A DNA stretch of 64,000 bases. Origin: Pyrinomonadaceae bacterium. Its GTDB lineage: Bacteria; Acidobacteriota; Blastocatellia; Pyrinomonadales; Pyrinomonadaceae. The position numbers and the translations under genes were made by a program. The notes under the pieces were generated by a model. The model was not told where the DNA came from. It saw only the letters and a program-made list of their open reading frames with translations, and searched no databases. Positions 58,601 through 64,000 of the stretch are shown here, in pieces. Within the stretch, counting starts at the first letter, position 1. Each line of letters opens with the position of its first letter. The stretch lies in the NCBI GenBank assembly GCA_051006195.1, contig JBPCIP010000069.1:5480-69479 (forward strand). The letters run 5' to 3'.

Positions 58601-58844
58601 CGAACTCTTCCTCTTCATCGAAGAAATCTGAGACGTAGAGAAAGGCGTCGCGCTCCAGCCCGATGTCAACGAAGGCCGACTGCATCCCCGGCAGCACGCG
58701 CATGACGCGCCCCTTGTAGATGTTGCCGACGATTCCCTGCCCGTCCTCGCCGCGTTCGATATAAAACTCCGTGACCTTGCCATTCTCGATGATGGCGATC
58801 TTCTTTTCGCGCCCGTTGACGCTGACGATTAATTCTTTCGACAT
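55662..58844 (-). CDS. RNase E/G family endoribonuclease with a ~570-aa low-complexity insertion
   Basis: N-terminal S1 part ([35 protein letters not shown]). After about 570 acidic/Ala/Arg-Gly-rich residues comes the remainder ([39 protein letters not shown]...[10 protein letters not shown]...CPCCxG-like CQYCQGAG). Confidence 0.9.
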   Translation of the reverse strand: [1060 protein letters not shown]

Positions 58845-59650
58845 TAGAAAATTTTTGACTCCTGATACGACCCTCCGGCGCGTCTTCCAAAGAAAAGGGC
58901 GGTGGTCGAGGTGTGGACAGAGAGCGGGAAACGTGCGGTGCGCGCAGTTGTTCTACAGTTGCGCGGCGCGAGACGCGTTTACCTCGCATGGGAAGCGACG
59001 CCGTCACCACTACTACTATTACTGCGGCGGCGTGCGCTCTGTGCAGGTGAGATGATTTGAAATTTACGGACGACGGCGGGACGTGTGGGCAACACAAACG
59101 ACAGTTCTGCGACATAGCTGTTGAAGCGCGCCCCGCATTGCCCCGACAAGCTTTGCCCGGCATTTGGAAGCGCCGCTTCCGCTACAGCGGAAAAGCGATT
59201 TGAACTGTTCACGAGAAACTCCGTCAAGCCGCTCCGCTCGAAGCGCGCCGGGTTTCCTGACGGAGCGCGTTGGTGGCAGTTGCAGCAATGGAAAAACTTT
59301 CCGGCCTGCATGTTTCCTGCTTCCGACGAGCGTCCGCTTTCTACCCTCGCAGCTTCAACCATGCGTTCGACCGTCGCCCACTTAGCCTGCGACCTCAGTT
59401 CAAACGCGAGCGACATCAAATATCACACCGAAAGCCCGTTAGAAAACCCACCGGGCCGGAAAAACTTGCGTCTCACTTAGCCGAAGGCGCATCAGCAAAC
59501 TTCCCCGCAGAGAAGACCGTGAATACGCTGCGCCAACAGCTTGAGCGAAACGTTTGCGAGTATAACCAAGAAAATGCTCTTTGTCAGTTGTCCGCTGCCA
59601 GTTGTTCGCCGTCAGTTGCCTGTGGTTTGTGCGTCACCGAATAAAGCTGG

Positions 59651-59686
59651 AATTGACAAACTGACAATTGTCAACGGACAACGGAC
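59651..59686. repeat. Tandem heptamer tract (AAnnGAC) after rodA
   Basis: aattgac aaactgac aattgtc aacggac aacggac. It contains the palindrome gacaattgtc. Confidence 0.6.
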
Positions 59687-59689
59687 TGA

Positions 59690-60814
59690 TTAGTTGACGT
59701 AGCGCCGCAACTGGACGCTGACGGCAAAGCCGATGGCGATGAAAGTAGCGAGGACGGAGGAAAGTCCCGCGCTCATCATCGGCAGCGGCACGCCGATGAC
59801 GGGCAAGATGCCCAAAGCCATCCCGACATTGATGAAAATCTGGAAAGCGAGGCCGCCGACAATCGCCATGATGACGAGCATCCCGGCGCGGTCTGGCGCG
59901 TGCCGCGCTCCCCTCAGCAAGCGCGAAAGCAGGACGGCGTAGGCGACGAGCAAGAGGATCGAGCCGATGAAGCCGGTGCGTTCCGCCGTCACCGCGAAGA
60001 TGAAATCAGTGTGCGGTTCGGGCAGAAATTTCAGGCGGCTCTGTGAATATTCGGTCGAGCCGTTGCCCGTGCCCGCCACGCCGCCCTTGCCGACGGAGAG
60101 AATCGATTGCCACGTCTGATAGCCGTAGCCGCGTTTGTCCGCTTTCTCCGGTTCGATGATGGCTTGAATGCGCTGCTGCTGGTAATTCTTGACCTTGCCC
60201 GTTTTCACGCCGACGACGTAAGCCGCCGGGATGAGCAGGGTGCTCAGGGCGAGCGCGGCGAAGACGAGCCACATCCGCACTGACGAAAGAAAGAGCACGA
60301 CGGCGAGCAGCGGGAGATACGTGATGACCTGACCCGCATCCGGCTCGAGCAGGATCAGCCCGACGGGCAGCGCGAGAATCAGACAGCCGATGACGATCTC
60401 TCTCCAACTCAAAACACCCTGCCGGTGTTTGCCGAAGTAGTAAGCCAGCATCAACACGGTCGGAATCTTGACGAACTCCGAGGGCTGAAACTGCCCGATG
60501 ACCGGCATTTTGATCCAGCACTGCTGCCCGTTGACCCGCATCCCGATGCCGGGAATGAGGACGAGGACGAGCAGCACGAGGCCGAAAATGTAGAAGGCGG
60601 GCGCGAAGTGGACGAGTTTGCGATAGTCCGTGAAGGCCACGGCGAAGAGCGCGACGAGCGAGATCGCCAGCCCGATCAACTGCTTCTTCCAGTAGTTCTC
60701 CATCGGCTGCGCGTTGTGAATCTGCCATGTCCCGAAGAACACAATGCCCGTCGCCAGCAGCGTCAGCAGCCAGTCGAAATCCCGAAAACGGCTTTTCTCT
60801 AAAATTGCAACCAT
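59690..60814 (-). CDS. rodA: Rod shape-determining SEDS protein RodA
   Basis: FtsW/RodA/SpoVE family sequence, 374 aa, immediately downstream of PBP2. Confidence 0.92.
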   Translation of the reverse strand: MVAILEKSRFRDFDWLLTLLATGIVFFGTWQIHNAQPMENYWKKQLIGLAISLVALFAVAFTDYRKLVHFAPAFYIFGLVLLVLVLIPGIGMRVNGQQCWIKMPVIGQFQPSEFVKIPTVLMLAYYFGKHRQGVLSWREIVIGCLILALPVGLILLEPDAGQVITYLPLLAVVLFLSSVRMWLVFAALALSTLLIPAAYVVGVKTGKVKNYQQQRIQAIIEPEKADKRGYGYQTWQSILSVGKGGVAGTGNGSTEYSQSRLKFLPEPHTDFIFAVTAERTGFIGSILLLVAYAVLLSRLLRGARHAPDRAGMLVIMAIVGGLAFQIFINVGMALGILPVIGVPLPMMSAGLSSVLATFIAIGFAVSVQLRRYVN

Positions 60815-60818
60815 AAGG

Positions 60819-60897
60819 CAGAGGTTAGAGGTTAGAGGTCAGAGGTTAGAGGAAATCAGTTAGTAACTGACCTCTGACCTCTAACCTCTAACCCCTG
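60819..60897. repeat. Heptamer-based palindrome (AGAGGTT x4), 27-bp stem, at the mrdA/rodA junction
   Basis: cagaggttagaggttagaggtcagagg (60819-60845) pairs with cctctgacctctaacctctaacccctg (60871-60897), 1 mismatch. The right arm and inner stem encode the mrdA C-terminus (...GLEVRGQRSVTN*). Confidence 0.9.
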
Positions 60898-62814
60898 TTT
60901 TTGAGCGACTTCGGTTTCCGGCGCTTTGGCAGCAGCGGGCCGGGTCTTGCGATAATAGACATCGTAGACGGCTTTTGTGGCCGGGGCGGCGAACTTGCCG
61001 CCGAAGCCGACGTTTTCGATGAGGGCGATGCTGGCAATCTCAGGTTTGTAAGCGGGAGCGTAAGAGACGAACCAGGAGTGGTCTTTGTTCTCGCCCACGT
61101 CTTTGCCGAGGCCGACCACCTGCGCCGTGCCCGTCTTGCCCGCGACATCGAATTCGGCGATCTTCACCGCGCCGCCCGTGCCGCCCGCGTTCACCACCTG
61201 CCACATGCCTTCGACCACCAATTGATGATGCTCTTCAGAGATCGGGGTGAGCTTGGGATTCGGACGCTTCGGATCGAGCGGTTGATAAGTGCGCGCCGGA
61301 CGCGCCGGGCGATAGTCGGCCCTGCTCGGATCGCCAATCGCCGGAATTTCTTTCACTTCTTTCAGTAGGTGTGGAATGTAGAGTTTGCCGCCCACGCTGA
61401 TCCCCGCCACCGTGCGCAGCATCGCGAGCGGCGTCACGAAATCATAAACCTGACCGAACGAGGCGTAGACCGTGTCGATGTCCTTCCAGTCGGGGGCGCG
61501 CGGGTTGAAGCGTTTTTTGAATTCGCGCGACGGCGTCCAACTGATGAGTTCGTGCGGCAGATCGACGCCTGTGCGTTTGTTCAGGTCGTAGTCGTCCACC
61601 ATCTTCATGATGCCTTCGAGTTCCATCTTCAGCCCGAGGCGGTAGAAATAGCCGTCGCAGGAATATTTGATCGCCGTGCGCACTTCTGGCGAACCGTGAT
61701 GACCCATGCAGCGTTTGAACTTGTTGTCAACCTGAACGCCGCCGCCGCAGACGAGGTTTGAATGCTCGGTCGTGATCGCGCCCTGCTCCAAACCAGCCGC
61801 CGCCATCGGAATCTTCCACGTCGAACCCGGCGGATAGCGTCCGCGAATGGCGCGATTGTAGAGCGGGCGCTTCGAATCGTTGATGAGCGCGGCATATTCG
61901 CGCCGCCCTTCTCTGGTCGTGATGCGTTGCGAAAAGAGGTTCGGATCGAAAGTCGGGTAAGAGGCCATCGCGAGAATTTCGCCGTCGTTCGGATTGACGG
62001 AGATGATCACGCCGCGTCCGGTGGGCGAATTGCGCAGTTGTTCCTCGGCGGCTTCCTGAAGATCGAGATCGATGGTTGTGACGATGTCCTGGCCGGGCTG
62101 CGGCGGCACCAACTCGATTTCATCCTGAATGCGACCGCGACTGTCCACGACCACTTTGCGATAGCCGTCGCGCCCGCGCAGGTAATCGTCATAGGTGGCC
62201 TCCAGACCTTCCTGCCCGATGACATCGCCCGGCTTCAGATTCTTCACCTTGTATTCTTCGCGCTCCAACTGCTTCGGATTGATCTCGGCGACGTAGCCGA
62301 GCACGTGCGCCAGCACGCCGTTGTCCGGGTAACGACGCTGCGGCTGCTGTTCGACGCGAAGTTCGGGATGCTCGAAGGCCTGCCGCGCTTCGACCCATTG
62401 AATGTCGGCCATCGTCGCGTTCTGTTTGATGATGATCGACTCGAAGGCGGGCTGCGATTTGATCTGGTCGAAGCGGGAGCGCAGGATTTCGGGATCGACA
62501 TCGAGCGTGGCGGAAAGCGGCGCGACGAGCGCGCCGTAGTCTTTGCCCTTCATCTCCTCGCGCGAGAGGATGACATTATAGATGGGGCGCGAATCGACGA
62601 GGATGCGCCCCTGGCGGTCGAAGATCGTGCCGCGCTGGGCGGGGATCGGGAGCAGGCGCACGCGCTGATTCTCCGCGCGTGCGGCGTAGTACGCGCCGTT
62701 GACGACCTGCAAAAAATAGAGCCTGACGCCCAATACCGCCAGCAACGCGAAGACAATCACCTGAATGATCCGCAGCCGCACCCGCAGGTTTTGCGATTCG
62801 TCTTGAAATTTCAT
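60856..62814 (-). CDS. mrdA: Penicillin-binding protein 2 (elongasome transpeptidase)
   Basis: PPGSTWKIP (SxxK) and GKTGTAQ (KTG). The ATG at 62814 is preferred over the TTG at 62835, which lies inside the upstream hairpin. Confidence 0.92.
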   Translation of the reverse strand: MKFQDESQNLRVRLRIIQVIVFALLAVLGVRLYFLQVVNGAYYAARAENQRVRLLPIPAQRGTIFDRQGRILVDSRPIYNVILSREEMKGKDYGALVAPLSATLDVDPEILRSRFDQIKSQPAFESIIIKQNATMADIQWVEARQAFEHPELRVEQQPQRRYPDNGVLAHVLGYVAEINPKQLEREEYKVKNLKPGDVIGQEGLEATYDDYLRGRDGYRKVVVDSRGRIQDEIELVPPQPGQDIVTTIDLDLQEAAEEQLRNSPTGRGVIISVNPNDGEILAMASYPTFDPNLFSQRITTREGRREYAALINDSKRPLYNRAIRGRYPPGSTWKIPMAAAGLEQGAITTEHSNLVCGGGVQVDNKFKRCMGHHGSPEVRTAIKYSCDGYFYRLGLKMELEGIMKMVDDYDLNKRTGVDLPHELISWTPSREFKKRFNPRAPDWKDIDTVYASFGQVYDFVTPLAMLRTVAGISVGGKLYIPHLLKEVKEIPAIGDPSRADYRPARPARTYQPLDPKRPNPKLTPISEEHHQLVVEGMWQVVNAGGTGGAVKIAEFDVAGKTGTAQVVGLGKDVGENKDHSWFVSYAPAYKPEIASIALIENVGFGGKFAAPATKAVYDVYYRKTRPAAAKAPETEVAQKQGLEVRGQRSVTN

Positions 62815-62822
62815 AAAGTTAT

Positions 62823-62905
62823 TGACGAGTGACAAGCGACAAGGTTAAGAGATGCTCAGAGCGACTTTCCCTCCGGGATTTTAACTCGTCACTTGTCACT
62901 CGTCA
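62823..62905. repeat. Heptamer-based palindrome (GTGACnn type) at the mreD/mrdA junction
   Basis: tgacgagtgacaagcgacaag (62823-62843) pairs with ctcgtcacttgtcactcgtca (62885-62905), 2 mismatches, ~41-nt loop. Confidence 0.8.
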
Positions 62906-62918
62906 CCTAATCACTGCT

Positions 62919-63449
62919 CTAACGTCTGACCAGACTGCGACGCGCGGCGCGGCGGCGAAAGGCGAAATGGCGACGCTGGCGCGCGCGGTCGCTGAAAAAA
63001 ATATCGAACATGTAAAAGATGAACGTGCCCGCAATGGTGGTCGCGATGGTCTTGTAGGCCGTCGTCTCGGCGAAGGGCACGAGCGAGGGCTGTCCGAGCA
63101 TGCGATGGAGGAACACGATCACGACGGCATCGAGCGCCGCCGCCCCTGCTAAGACGGGAATTCGCGCCAGCGGGTTGTCGAGCATCACGCGCGTCACCAC
63201 CGCGACGATCAGATAGGCGATGAGCGTCTTGCTGAAACCGTTTGCGCCCAATAATCCTTTGCTGAAAAAATCCGTGGCGAGTCCGGCCACGAATCCCACG
63301 ATGAGAGCCTGCACCACATCGCGCCGCAGGGCGAAATAGGTGACGACGACGAGCGGCAGATCAAGATAAACCAGCGGCGGCCAGACGAGACGCAAATTCG
63401 TCTGCAACAACACGGCGAGAACGACACAAACGGCGATCTTCAGTCTCAT
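62919..63449 (-). CDS. mreD: Rod shape-determining protein MreD
   Basis: 176 aa, hydrophobic, between mreC and mrdA. Start at MRLKIAVCVV. Confidence 0.8.
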   Translation of the reverse strand: MRLKIAVCVVLAVLLQTNLRLVWPPLVYLDLPLVVVTYFALRRDVVQALIVGFVAGLATDFFSKGLLGANGFSKTLIAYLIVAVVTRVMLDNPLARIPVLAGAAALDAVVIVFLHRMLGQPSLVPFAETTAYKTIATTIAGTFIFYMFDIFFSDRARQRRHFAFRRRAARRSLVRR

Positions 63450-63456
63450 AAAAAAA

Positions 63457-63524
63457 GTGACAGGTGACAGATAAGAGGTGACAGGGAGAAGCACAATTTG
63501 ATTTCGTCATCTGTCACCTGTCAC
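63457..63524. repeat. Heptamer-based palindrome (GTGACAG type) at the mreC/mreD junction
   Basis: gtgacaggtgacagat (63457-63472) pairs with atctgtcacctgtcac (63509-63524). On the minus strand the arm encodes the mreC C-terminus (KAVTGDR*). Confidence 0.85.
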
Positions 63525-64000
63525 CGCTTTTTCAGTCTTCGGCAACGCATTAGGGGACGGGGTGCGCGGCGGCGGATGGTAGAGCAGCACCGCGACCTCT
63601 GCCAGCGAGTTCAAGCGCGCACTCGGTTTGACCTTGATTTCATGAGGAGACGTGGCCGACCCTTGTTTGATCTCCACCACTTCGCCGACGCTTAGGCCCG
63701 GAGGATAAATGCCGTCCTGTCCCGTCGTCACGACGATGTCGCTTTGTTTCACCACTTCCAGCCCCGACACATAACGCATGTCGAGCAAGCCGTTTTTGCC
63801 GTAACCTCTGACGGAGCCCATCGCCTGCGACGCGCCGAGTTGACCGACGATAGCGCCGGCAGCCGAGCGTTCGTCTGTAACTAAAAGCACCTGCGCCGTG
63901 ACGGGACTGACGCCGATGACGCGCCCGACGATCCCTTCGTGCGTCACGACCGGCATATCTTTTTCGATGCCGGCAGAACTGCCGCGATTGATCATCACCG
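63507..64000 (-). CDS. mreC: Rod shape-determining protein MreC (C-terminal part; 5' end outside the window)
   Basis: GSSAGIEKDMPVVTHEGIVGRVIGVSPVTAQVLLVTD...VVTTGQDGIYPPGLSVGEV is the MreC beta-barrel region. Confidence 0.9.
   Translation of the reverse strand, partial: VMINRGSSAGIEKDMPVVTHEGIVGRVIGVSPVTAQVLLVTDERSAAGAIVGQLGASQAMGSVRGYGKNGLLDMRYVSGLEVVKQSDIVVTTGQDGIYPPGLSVGEVVEIKQGSATSPHEIKVKPSARLNSLAEVAVLLYHPPPRTPSPNALPKTEKAVTGDR

Noticed and set aside
58979-59480. 146-aa (-) and 119-aa (+) ORFs in the rodA-RNase E/G gap.
   Set aside because: They overlap each other on opposite strands. They have no recognisable motifs, mediocre third-position GC compared with neighbouring genes, and no SD-like sequence. 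The region is kept as possibly non-coding, but a real small gene is not excluded.

Overview
High-GC (roughly 60%+) bacterial chromosomal segment, densely coding with about 60 genes. The content suggests a diderm organism (LptE, MreCD/PBP2/RodA, futalosine menaquinone genes). An Acidobacteria-like origin is only a guess. Most of it is housekeeping: an ArgR-linked arginine cluster (argH / argR-argG-X-argC-argD-GNAT-argF'-argB), tilS-hpt-ftsH-folP, lptE-holA, rpsT, phoH-ybeY-corC, an ABC exporter pair, a GGDEF protein, mqnA plus a radical-SAM mqn gene, an RNase E/G homologue, and rodA-mrdA-mreD-mreC. No rRNA, tRNA, CRISPR array, transposase or integrase was recognised. Six things stand out. (1) About 20 intergenic palindromes have arms made of tandem heptanucleotide repeats; the architecture is conserved but the sequences differ. 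(2) A 729-bp Uma2-endonuclease cassette sits between two diverged direct copies of the 3' end of the radical-SAM mqn gene, and the copies differ mostly by synonymous changes. (3) A NACHT/STAND NTPase with a hexanucleotide-encoded [A/D][L/R] dipeptide repeat is wedged inside the phoH-ybeY-corC operon. (4) An uncharacterised P-loop (BioD/CobQ-like Walker A) gene is embedded in the arginine operon. (5) A frameshifted GxxExxY gene is flanked by 32-bp inverted repeats. (6) The RNase E/G homologue has a ~570-aa low-complexity insertion inside its S1 region, and an ~845-bp stretch with no convincing CDS lies upstream of it. All calls come from reading the sequence and ORF translations by eye; no database search was run.
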